Source: Trichoplax sp. H2 | Lineage: Eukaryota | Length of the DNA stretch: 59,223 nucleotides | Reading direction: 5' to 3' | NCBI GenBank assembly: GCA_003344405.1 | Contig: NOWV01000298.1 | Span: forward strand, 1 to 59,223 | In this document: positions 24,242-37,600 of the stretch, one piece after another | Position numbering within the stretch: position 1 is the stretch's first letter | How the letters are laid out: every line of letters begins with the position of its first letter | The notes under the pieces: generated by a model | Databases searched by the model: none | Told to the model about the DNA's origin: nothing | The model's input: only the letters and a program-made list of their open reading frames with translations | Program-made: the position numbers and the translations under genes

Positions 24242-27200
24242 AAACTAGGAGAATTTATTTAATATATCATTTATTAAATCCTCAGATATCGAGTATATAT
24301 ATATATATATACTGTGTATACAAGCATATATTGCGGCAATTTTAGAACGTAAAGGAAGAAAGGACTGAACAGATACGATTCGTAGTATCAAGTATACAAG
24401 TATACTTGAGAGCTATTTGTATGTATTAAAGGAAATTGAGAAGTGCATGTGAAAAATTTAGGTTAATGGCATTAAGTAGAAATGATACTGCCTTATAAAT
24501 CTATATAATTTACATTATAGGATCTATCTAGACTACAAGATAAATATTTGGATTGCACCAGATCAGGCATGATATACTTTGTGTTTTAAGTATTTGCAGT
24601 ACTAACTGTCACAATAGTAAATTACCATAATGAGTATATTATAGGTTATGTTCATATTTCATTTCCTACAAGATCATGCGAAATGTCGAGGGCAGAAGCT
24701 AGTCATAACTACGATCTCCTAAACTGTAATATTAGCAGATGATAGTATATTGAGTCATGAGTAGCTTCTTATTTAGATATAGGTAGATTGAAATATTAAT
24801 TTTAAACTAGTCTAACAGAAGTTTCTCACTAGATTTATTGGCGCTAGAAAATTGGAAATATAACTTCTAAATTTGGATGAATTATTCTATGACGTCACAA
24901 TATATGTTCTCTTCGATATCAATCTAGGTTTGATATTTTTGGCCAATAGTTGTATAAACGGAGCAAGTGCTTGCGCAAACTAAAAATCTTGTATCCGGTA
25001 TACTGCTAGTATTTCCACTTTAGGCTATTTAATACAGTATCCTCTAAGAGTTCTGTGGGTACTGTTGCTATCAATGAGGAAAAATAGGAAGAGAAGTTCT
25101 TGGGTTGATGACGAAGCTTTAACATTGATTCCTATCTTAGGTCTTCCTTCGATGAAGCCAAATGCGAACTGAAAGATTTTCTTCAACCAGTACTACGCTG
25201 GCGTTGTAAAGAACTACTTCAAATTATAAGGCGAATTGACGATCTCTTTTGCGGTTATTGTTATGGCAAATAGGATAGCAAAATTCTTGTAGCAGAAATT
25301 CTCTTAGTCCTGACCTATTAATTATTAATCGAACCTTAGAAAATGGATCTTAATTAAGAATAGGTTTGATGTTATAAAGGTATCAAGGCTAGATATAAAC
25401 TTCCTATAAATCATCTTGCGGTAATAATGATAACTCAATTTGCTCCGATACGGGAAACACGAAAATGTTTATCATTCATTAAACAGTTATGAGTATTAAA
25501 TTGATATTATCAGTATTTCACATTAAGTAAACTATTAATATCGATGTCAAATAAGCTACCTTGTATAAACTCACACATCGATAAAGCTGTTGAGCTGTAA
25601 CCTACTTTAACTGCTACTTGCCGTTGTAGATAATCAGAAATACTTTAAATCTACATTTTACATGCATAGAAGTTAGCGGTTTTGATTAACTAGAATCTAG
25701 CTTAAGAACTTTGTCTCGACGGTTAAAGGTCAATTTCTCAAATATATTATTTTGATTATTAGTATTTTTACTTAATCACGCTTACAATATGCTGATTACT
25801 GCGTGAATTTATTGATCACAGTAGCAAGATTCGCATTTAAAAATTGAATAGCATTTATATGAATATTAATAATACTTCGATATGCTCTCTAGCAGCTAAT
25901 AGTTGGCATAGAATGCAATAAATCTGATTTTAGTAGACCCAAGTATATGCGTATCTAATCACTAAATCAATGTGAAAGTGCCACCAAGAAACAGATTAAG
26001 TAAAGAGTACATGGAATCAAGGAATCTGTTTGACACTTTGTGTGTATTTGTATCAATATTCAAGGTATTCGAACTCCGGAATAAAGCTTAACATACTCGA
26101 TTAGTCCTTAATAAAATGTATTTAAATTTATTTATTTAAAATATGTTACCAGTGATTTAATTATAGAGCTCATAAATTACGATGATCTCATATTCCATCT
26201 AAATTCGAAGGTTAAATAAATGATTTAATTTTAATGTAAATCAGTTATTCTGGAGTAATTGGATTTATTTACTTCTTTTACAATACTCTCTGCACTAATA
26301 AATAACTATAAGATTTAGTGCGGTCATAAGGTAATTCATTCTTTAATAGAAATTGAAAGCATTATTCTAATCCTAAGCTTAAGTGGTAGTATTACTAGTC
26401 TATAGCCCATAGGGTATTATTTAATTAAATCAATTCGTAGCAGTTAATGTCCATTATTTGTAATAAAAATCAATTGCTATCGAAATTATTATATTTACGG
26501 TGAATAAAACCTTTATACACCTATTCAGTAAACTCTATCTGATTAACAGTAACCGTATTGCAAACGTCCTTTGTAACCGATCCGCAACAAATTTGTTAGT
26601 TAAATTAAAATATGTGTTGAAGTGTCAATAGTAAAAAAACGTTGCATTTCCGTCTAAGCAAAGGTAAGAATATTTTATTTGCATACAACTACTTCAACTG
26701 TAAAATTTTCATAATTAATTGTGCAGTTTGAAAGCATATAGATTATAATAGTTATCGTAGTCGTATGAGAAATTGCAAATTGGGATTATAATGCACGATA
26801 GTTGAAGTAATAAAAGTTATTTTCAATATATTATGTAACCTACTGGGGATTGCAGTAATTTCGTGTGTTGGGATTGTTAAACGCTAGAAAAAAATCTTCG
26901 CTATCATTTATCCAAGTTATCATTTGTTAGTAACAGACTACAGTACTGTACAATGATAATGAAGATGTTCGGTAGTTTGCCACTATATATCTCGCTTATC
27001 TAGATGATGTATAGAAAAACGAACGTAGACAATCTTGCTGGTTCTAACAGAATACTTGACTTCTTATTTCTAATTTGAAATTAATGATAAGTATTAGAAT
27101 AGCAGGTAAAAATGTTGCTATATGCTCCTGCAATGAAATTATCGCCTCATAGTATATTCTCTACGTTGATATTAATGTTGCTTGAAAGTATCATGACATC

Positions 27201-30200
27201 CAAGAAATTTGATGTTAAGATTATTTAGCTGAAAGGTCTAAGTTTTAACTTACATTAGGCCCGCCATCTTTATTTTATGCAGCACGTACTTACGTAAAAG
27301 ACAATACTTAATTAGGGAGACTCCTTCAGCGTATAAATGATAATCGTAATTCTAAAATTTTATGTTCTTTACGTTCTCTAGTAAATAAAAACTACGAAAA
27401 CATCTATTGCAAACTGATCCATAGCATGATCTACGAATGATTATACTTGCGTATGCAAATACTAACTGGTCTAGTTTAATATCTATAATTAAGTAGATCT
27501 CTTCTTAAAAGGTACTCGTAATAAGCTATAATACCCGTATTATGAGCGCAATATGCCGATTCGTTTATAGACTTTAGCATTAGGTTACCCTAAACTTTAT
27601 TTTCGTAGCCCTTCATAAGAATATAGCTTCCCTCTCTACGCAGTTAGTGTTGTTGTCATAATATATCTCCATAAAGAATTAAGTTCAAATTAATATGAAT
27701 TTATTTAAGACAAATTTAAATATCAAGGTCTGTTTCATATATTACACGTATTGTATAGTTTTAGAAATTTACCGCACCGTATTATGTAAAGTCGTAACAT
27801 ATCTGATCTTAGATTGTTTTTATTTGCTGGTTTCTATACTTTTATAATTGCGCTTTAGTCGCGTAAGAACGAATTAGCAGCAACACTGATTAATTTTCGG
27901 TAGCAATACTTGAATTTTTTTTCTTCTCATTTGTAAGTTCTTTCATCGCTTGCGACTTTAAACAAGACATATTCTAGATTGAAGTCTTTTTTTATTTCAT
28001 CTTTATGGATATTTCGTGTTTCATAAGAACTTACTATAATCCATAACTACTTGTTATACAGTTGTGAAATTGCAGTTAAAGTTTACTGTATTACTTTTTA
28101 AGTCCGCTTAAGTGTGACATTAAGATTGGATGTTACGTATGATCTGATGTTAAAAGAATGAGTTTTAACCCCTATTGTGCCATTTGTGAGTTCCAGTAGC
28201 CTTAATTCCTTCAGGACGGGACGTAAGACAAGAGCTAATTAAGCATTATTGAATATTTTACTCATTAAATCTACTTGTCTAATTGAATTTATCATTTTGG
28301 TGTGTTATGATAGAATTTGTAGCAACTATCTATTTGACAGCTACGGATATGATTTAAAAACCATTCTGTAAAGTTATATTTAATAGTAATAATTTCTATA
28401 TTCAATGAAATTTACAGGTAATCGCTCTGAACTCTACTTAGTTTTAATGTAGCTACATATACACCATTACCGGAAGTGCTTGAAATCTGTAGATATTTGT
28501 TAATCGAAACTGACAGTATGATCCGCTTGTCATCGCTTCGTAGTAAAATTTCACTATAAATTCAATTTATCATTTATGGCGGCATTTATTAACGGATAAA
28601 TTTTAATTTAATTAACTATATTCTCGTAATGACTCCACATAAGGTAGAATTTTAAGTTGCCATTGATATCAGAAATCTAATTAATGGCGAAGCATTAGTT
28701 CAATTTCTCATAAAATCATTTAAAGTTATTAATTTCCGTATGCTTAAAGCTTTTTACATCAATTACTGGTGTTATTAAAAATAAACCAGTAAAAATTTTC
28801 AACATCATACCGTAGAATATTAGTAGCTTAAAGTAATTTCTGGATATTATCAAACGTTATTGAATTTAGTTAATATACGGTACAATATTACTTAGCTCTT
28901 AAATCCAGGATGTATACGAATACAGCTATACGTAATAGTCACTCGAATAATAATTACATAATTGAAATACGCTTAGCTTGGAAGGACTTTATTGTTGTTT
29001 AAGATTTTCAGCCGCATGGAAAATTGTATTACTTCAACTAATGTGTTTAGATATATAATTAATGATATCGCGTAGACGTTTACAATTTTAAAATTTCTTT
29101 ATAATTAAATTAATTATCAGGATGACGTAAACTGATGTTTAATTCATTTATTGATAACGCCAAAGACAGAAAACTCAGATAAATTTATTACTTAAAGTAT
29201 GATATCAAATGACGTGAGATCCTAGTATGGCAGGCTTATTTGTTAGTCCTAATTATCAATATTGGAGACAATTTTGATACTTCACAATCGTACTTTACTG
29301 CTATGAGTTTCAACAATATTTGAACTGTCAGTATAATAACATTGTAAGACACTATCTTTAGATAAATAACACGTAAATATTATATATTTAAAAGCAAAGA
29401 TGATTGAAAGAAATTACAGAATAAATCGCATAGCAATGCTACTCCTACTCATCTGATGTGACATCTGGTTATACGGTCAATGGAATCATCGACATATCTA
29501 CTATACCTACCTATTGAATTTTCACGTTGAAACCCTTAATCTTTACAACTTAATTTTAAAATTTAACGATCGATACATTACCAAAAGAGCAGGAACACTA
29601 TTGCAATAGATTACCCCGGTGGGACTTGTGCTTGCGTTTCTAGTGAATGATAGGTCCTATTAACATTAGATTAATGCTTATTATAGCACGGATATCAATT
29701 ATTGCTTATTGTAGCTAGCTCAGGTAAAGGTACATCCAATACCTGATACCCCATTCATCCCCTGTACCATTTGTTCTTTAATCATGCGTTTACTACTAGT
29801 AATCGAATAATGCAGTTATGTAGCTAATACTTTTTATCATTTTGCGCAACGGCTGTGTATAAGTAGAATCGCATCCTGAAGCAGCTTTAGCTGATACTTT
29901 TGTTTCAATTATTCAATCGATTTCACTAAAATGTAAATGCAAACAATGTACTATTTCAAATTGTATTAAATTCTCATCATCAAAGGCAATATTATTAAAA
30001 AAGAAAGACTATTTTTAATAAGTTTGACATTTAAAATCGTAAGCTTCATCTTTTCCCAAATACGATACGGATAACGTACAAAAGTGTAAAAAATATGAAG
30101 TATCATTCAATAGAATAAATAGTTTAGGCAGGAATCGCTATGTAAATCACAACTAATGCTATGATCTATGGGCTTGATAATTGGAATTAAGTGTGTTCAT

Positions 30201-33200
30201 ACGAAGAAATGCTTATTAGCAGTATTAAACTGTACCTTTGCTCTTAAGTAAAATAGAGTAACATTATTGTAACAAAATTGAGTGAGTTAGTTTATTGCTA
30301 ACGCAATAGATATAAAATTATTAGACTAGATCTTAATTAGTACCGTACTAGTGGAGTTTCTTTATGTATTTATTTGGTCAATTGTTAGAGGCGAGTGATT
30401 CGATAACTAAACCAGTTTTAAGTACTGAAATTCACTCAAGATGCGATTACACAGCTATTACAGTAGATCGAGACTTTCCTGCGAGACTAGAAGTCTTAAT
30501 TTAATCTAATATTGGAATACCGTTGATTGGCGTTAAAATTTTCAAGAACGTAAAGTAAAGACATTACATTCTAAAATACTGCACAGAAGTTAGGAGTATT
30601 TCTAGTAAGTGACAACTATTACACTGTTTTGTGAGGATATATTTTAATTCATATACAGCAAGAAACTTATCGATTTACGTGATAGAAATAATGCCTATAA
30701 TGGGGTATAGATTAAGGTGACACTTTTGATACATTATTGAGCGCGGAAATACTGGAAAGTAAGCTGTTATTAATCAATTCAAAAGTGAAGTTGAAATTAT
30801 TATTCGATAAATCGATAAGTGCAATATGCTTCATAAGAAGTTACTACTACTAATTATGTCTTTTCCTAAAAAAGTCATTAGGAATCTTATTTCAGTTATT
30901 AGAGATTCTAAGTGTTTATTTTACATGACTATATCTTCCTACTTACTCTAAATGAAAATTGATATCTCCAGAACAGAGAACTTAAGCAAATTTTGCAGTA
31001 TTTTTATGCCTTAACTACATTAATAATAACGCTAAGCTGAGGCTGCTACAATAACTTAGTGTGTAATTAAAGAACGTTACTATAGATTAGACATATATAT
31101 AGCATGACTTATATTCATATCTAGGCCTCTGAACCATTTATAAGGCCGTAGATACTAAAGATGGTTATTCCGTTCAACAATAGAAAATCATTGTTTAGAT
31201 TCACAGCAGGTAACCGATTTACACTTTAAATTTTTGCTTTTAACGAACAAAGCTCCTGCTTACTAACGCTACTATCTATTCATCCTTTTACTTCTTCCAA
31301 AAAATAAATTATTGTTATAGATATAGAAATACTTTGCCGTTGTTAGGACGAGATTGATTGAAAGCTACTCAGCAGGATAGATATAATTCGTCATTTATCC
31401 GTTGGGCTTTGTCTTTCTGCGTCTTACGTATGAATGAGATCAATAAGCCCATAATGTAGTAATTGTGTTGACGCTAAGACTATTTTTTTTCTGTCTGACT
31501 ATTATTCTTTCTCCTTATACATCCGTCAATCACATTTTAGACAATCGATATAGTGATTTTGAGTCCAAACTGTCTTAGATTAAAAACGAAATCTCCATAA
31601 GTCTTTGTCATAACTCTGGCTAATAACAATACTAACTAAGTAAACAATACCATCATTTTTTCACTTTTACAACATGTCTATTTTGATCTTTACTTCGCTT
31701 AAGTATGTGGTAATTTTCTTGAAATTCATTTTTTGTTTAGTTTCGTAGAGAATGAATTTAATATTTAAGAAATAAAGTGACTATTCAATTTCTTTTGGAA
31801 TTATACAGAACATCTATGGTGGCTAATAATAGAGAAACATTCCGCTTACGTTCTAATTTGGATGTACCATTAACCAAAATTTTCTTAACCGCACTTTATT
31901 ACGACGCCATTATTTCCTTAGTATACTTCTTAGCCAATTCTTCGTCACAAGATTAATATAAAAAATCTACTATTTTAGAAATACGCTTGTAGCATCTACA
32001 GATAATAATTACAATTTATTAGTGATGATAGTATTATTTCGTGGCCTAATAAGTAATTGAAACTTCGATTTACGCATGTTCACTGATTTGGAAATCGTTT
32101 TTAACAATCGATGGATACAAGTTCCGAGAGTCAACAGTAAGATTACTCATTTTTGTACTCCTTTCAAGTGTCTTTTTGATTTTGCTGCCAATCCGGATCA
32201 GTGTCTTAGTATATAATGGTCAATAGCTATAATCTAAACTAACAGAAATTAATAGTCTAAAAGTTATGACATGTTGTTTTGATTTGTGTCCTTTATGCCG
32301 AGTTCCATTGAATATTCAAACTAGTTATTTCTATTCAATATTACCCAACCTTGTTATTTTAGTTCAGACAAAATAAGACGTGAATACAATGCTACTAATC
32401 TATTAAAGCATGATTTAACAACTAAATGATCATTATATTTGCAGCTGATAGATTTACACTTAAAAATATAAAGTGTAATATTTGCTTTATTAACGCAGGA
32501 AAAACCTCCAAGACAAGGCATCTGAAAATCAGCCTGTAAGGTTCTTTCGAAAATCACGTCAATTACCAATCAACTTTTTTTCTAAAGTAGGTTCAAGTTT
32601 CTAATATAAAGGATAAACAATTCCACTCCTTGTTGTATATAGTATCCAGCACAGCGCACGTAGTTTTTATGGGCATACTGGGATGTAAACATTTGTTCCA
32701 TTTTGGTTTCTAAGTGACCACTGCTTGCACCCTACGGTGGTGTCTGGCGACGTTGTCCTCATTTCCAATATTAAACGCTATAATTTTTGACGATAATTAT
32801 AGTTTCCTACTAAAAACTCCGCGAAAAACCATTTTATAGCCGTAAATTTATCGTAGCGGAAAAAATTTATTTTACTTAAACGTTGTATCTTTACTCATCA
32901 CCGTTTGTTTCTCGTCTTTTGAAGAATTCGTGTGTAAGTTAATTACATAATTGAAAATCTGTCTAGTATAGAGAAGTTATTTTAAAAATTAGCTCAAAAT
33001 TGTTCTAGAGATATTAGAATAATGATATGAAGCTTAAAATTGCAAGCAACGAATTATTTTAATTTCTTATATGGAAGCGATATAACATCTACCGATAAGA
33101 GTACATTGATTCAGTGTTTATCGTATTGATTTTCCCGTAATATAATTGGTAAAATTTCTTTCGTTAAAACTAACAAATTAGATCATATTATTTATTATTG

Positions 33201-34615
33201 GTTTACTTTGAAAACGGGCTTTGAAGCGAAAAAGTTTTCTTACCAATAGTGTAAATGTTGACATATTTCAGTAGTAACACAATTTCAATAGCTACAGTAT
33301 TTCATATTCAACCATCTCTATTCATATATATATATCAATACTACTGCCAGGTTCTAGTAAATTCTTGATTAAAAAGTAAATATTTAATGGCAAATAGAAG
33401 GTACTGCAGAAATGGATAAATAATTTATATCAGCTCCTGCCATTTCTTTCAGACAAGACACTATTTGGCATTATCAAATTTTAGAGATTTACAGCCATAT
33501 AGCGACGATTATAACTAATCTTTTAAGCAGGCGTGCGTTCTTCTTTCCTACTATGTAATTTTATACTGAAAGATAGGGCAAGGCTATGGATTCGAAACTG
33601 CAGTGATTTTAAATCTTCACTGCTTCTTGAGAAATTCTTTCACCAGTAAATACAGTACTTTAATATAACATTCCTTGGTCCTTTAAATGAGATTTATTTT
33701 TAAAAAATGTCAGCCTTCGCTAGCTGAGCATAAACTTTTAACTAGAAGCCGTCTCTCTTCCCAATCTAGTAGCAAATTCCATCATTTACTTTTATATTGT
33801 ACATAATTACTGGTAGGTCTTCTTGACTATTAATAAAACGATGACATGAATTTTAAAAATACGTCTGAAGTGCTGGCACTGTACATTATTACGCTGTATG
33901 CATTTACATCACATTACATCTACTTTAGCTCTACCCGTAAACTGTGTCCATTATTGGAGATTTTTTAGCGTAAAAAATTTGTCCTTTTGAATATGATATC
34001 AGGTAAATAGCTTGAGCTTTAATCGTCGACTTAAAACAATGAACTTGTAAATACTGCCAATAAGAGGGTTAAAATTTATCTAATTTCTCCCTCTCCATGA
34101 AGTATTAATATTAGCCTAAGTGCTATCAATTTTTCTAATTAGTGAGCCTTTAGCTTCTATTACATCCTTCAACCTTCACTAAGAACATCAAATTAACTGT
34201 TAATTATAACTATTAATAAGCAGAAAATCTTACTTTTGCTGCCAATTTTTGAAATATAAATGATAGCGCACACTGACTTTACAATACCAATCGTAAAATG
34301 AACTACTTATTCAATTTAGAGCAAAAGATTGACTTTTTACCTTCAAATAATAAAAAATTCTAAACATGAATACTATTTAAACAATATTTTCTTCACCATA
34401 TAGCTGAGTAAACGAGCAAGCATAGACAGCGAACAGAAGGAACGGAAAGGCTTACCAACAGTATCAATAGCCGATAAACTAATCGTCAAAAGCATAAGTC
34501 AAGAGATTAACAATAAGTGTGCAAGAAAAGTTTCGAGAACACTATTAATGATTTTGGTCTAGCTATGTTTTATTTGTTCTAACAATGATTTTTCTTATTA
34601 AGTCAAGCTAACGAT

Positions 34616-37600
34616 ATGACGAAAGGAAATCGAAAAGACGAAAAGGTATGAATGCAGTCTGTATTCTGTATTTTCATTGTTTAACCTTCTCCGAAATTTA
34701 CTGATAATTTGCTCGTAACACTCCTACAATAATTAAAATTACATGATACAACAGAATCATATATGGATTCTAGTTTTATTTAAAGTTGATTCTGTAGTTT
34801 TTAGTAATCAGAGAAATAGACTTAAGTTAAAACCTTTTTGAATGAAATGTTAACTTACAATATTTAATTAATAAGTAATAAAAGAAAATTAGCAAATAGA
34901 GTAATATTTGTAATGGCTACACATAGTTCTGCCGTAAATTTTAATTAAAAGCATGTAATTGTGATTAACTCGATTAATAGCATAAATCACGGTTCCAGTG
35001 GATAATTGTTAGATCCAAATTTCTGTCGTAAAGTAAATGCTATGTTACAATAGCATGATTATGCACTAGATAACTCTCCCTGTATTATTTCAATTAGCAT
35101 AGAAATGGTGTTACCTCTGCTAATTATCAACTCTGATTGTTTTTAATATAATAATTATACAGGAGAAGATTGGATTACCTATGATAAGGGATAGTAAGGT
35201 AAGTCTTAACATTTTAATATGATAGTAGTAACTCAACGATTAAAATCGATAACATCCAACAGTCTTCAGATTACTTATCACTTTTTTGAACGTTATTAGC
35301 TAACGGCAAGCAGCGAAGGCTTAAACTCTAATGATTCACACGCCGCTAGGTAATGTCTTGACAAATTTTGGGTAATTGCACGTTAATACAGACTATCTAA
35401 GGATTTATAGCGATATTAGCACAAATTGTGCTCCTGCTTCGTTTCGCTTCACTTATATTTTCTATAATATTAAAATTCTGATCTATTTTTATTCTATGTT
35501 AGCAATACTGGCAAACCCGGTAGTGGTAGAGTTCCCAGTCTACCGATAGATCAGAACGAAGACAGAGAAGCATTAACACCAGATTGTGAGTTTTTAAGTG
35601 AATCATGGTTTCTGTTTATGATAATTTTACGTTGTAGAGTTTTAAACATGAAGTAAAGAGCATGCCATTTTATTCATTTAATAGCAATTGTTTTTATTAA
35701 AAATCTTTAATATTTCTCATCATGAAGTAACTGATGCTTGTTAATAAATGTTGTCTAATTAATTTTTGTTTAAAGATTGTCTGAAAAATTTTGGTGACAA
35801 ATTAACGCGTTTAGAAGAAACAGAAATCATGGACTACCCTAAAATTTGGTTTTTAGGCCCAGAAGCCCGCAAAGTTCAAGGAGTGGAAGGGGGGCCCAAT
35901 AATAATGGTACTGTTTAGTTATGATTAATGAGCTTGGTAATATATTAGAAGCCGGCTTAAAGCAATTTATTATTATTAAATAATTTCACTTGGGGTAACA
36001 CAAAAAATTTACTGGTTATATATATTTAGGATATGATGATAATGACGGAAACTATTTGAGAGTATTACATGATCATTTAGCATATCGATATGAGATTATA
36101 GAACTACTGGGTAAAGGATCATTCGGCCAAGTCGTTAAAGTACTGGATCATAAAACGAATACAATTGTAGCCATAAAGATTATTGTCAATAAAAGAAAGT
36201 AAGTTGGAGAAAAGTCTGAATGAAATGAATTGTATCAAACTATTATTATATTAGCCAGTTCCTTATTGTGCTGTAATAACACATTGGATTCCATTGATAA
36301 TATTCATTGTATTGAGCTTGGCTGCGAAATTTGTTGCAGTACCTGATGTTATACTACGGACAATGATACATTTTAAAATTTGCTTTCCAATCCATAGTAA
36401 TATTGTGCTCCTATTCAGAGTTATTTCTTGTTTATAATTAGTTAAGAAGATAAATACTGAACAACTAGTGATGCAACAAGTGCTGGCAATAATTTAGCCC
36501 TAAATTATGTTAAGAAGTATCTAACCTGACTTAGACCGACAAAACATCCTTAACCTATCGTTATTTTTTGAATGATACAACACAAAATAGTAAGGAATAA
36601 TGTAGTGCTATGCAGTCTGCTAATTTTTTATTTATTAATAGGGCTATTAACTTTGTAGATAAGGCTTAGAATAAGAATCTTAAGTTGTCACAAGATTACA
36701 AACAGAATGCATGCCATTACCATCTTTACTCCAAAGTTTAATCTAATAGGTTAATTTCCTTCTAATTGTACTCAGTAGAGCTGAAGAAACATGTGGAATC
36801 GTAAAATATCTATTAAATAAATATCATTAGTTACGTTACAGTAGGTATCTAAATAATTATATGGGTACTTAGTGACAATCCTTCCAATATCTAATAATGA
36901 TGCTTTAAACTTAAGTTGCCTTTAATATTTAAGTTACTATGTATATATTCTATAGCTGGACTGTATAAAATGATCAGATCTGAGCATTTATTAATATTTT
37001 AAAATCTTACAGGTTTCATAGGCAAGCATTGGTTGAACTAAAAATACTAGATATTCTTCGCAAAAGTGTAAGCTCATATTGTAAACGGTTAGATAGGACG
37101 AGCTTGTTATTGCGGTACTAATATAGAATGGTACCGGCTTTATTGGATGAGAAAGCATTCTTCCGACATACTTTCTTTATTCCCGATTATTACAGGATAG
37201 AGAAGGAAATTGTAATGTAATACACATGAAAGAATACTTTTTCTTCAGGTAACGTAAAAATTATATAAGAAATCCGATTTTAGGTTGTAATAATGGGATA
37301 TTAGAAATTTAGTATTTCAAATATAGATTCATTTAACCATACTGTTAGTAAAATACTACCGTCCCATATCAAATCATCATCACCTTAGCTACCATAGATT
37401 AAAACTCAAATTTATCGCTAATCTAACAGTTTAGATTGTCAATAATAGCATCGAAGACAGTAACAGTTTTATGCACTTATTAAATTTTAGTTTAATCTTT
37501 TTCTTTTAGGAAGCATGTCTGTATCACATTTGAACTGCTAGGGTAAAGATATTCATACCGCTCATCTTAATTTTGCTAGATTAATTATATTACAGAAAAG

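Noticed and set aside
32740..32751. Possible RFX X-box upstream of the DYRK4-like gene
   Set aside because: Only a half-site match (GGCGAC), ~1.9 kb from the ATG; expected by chance.
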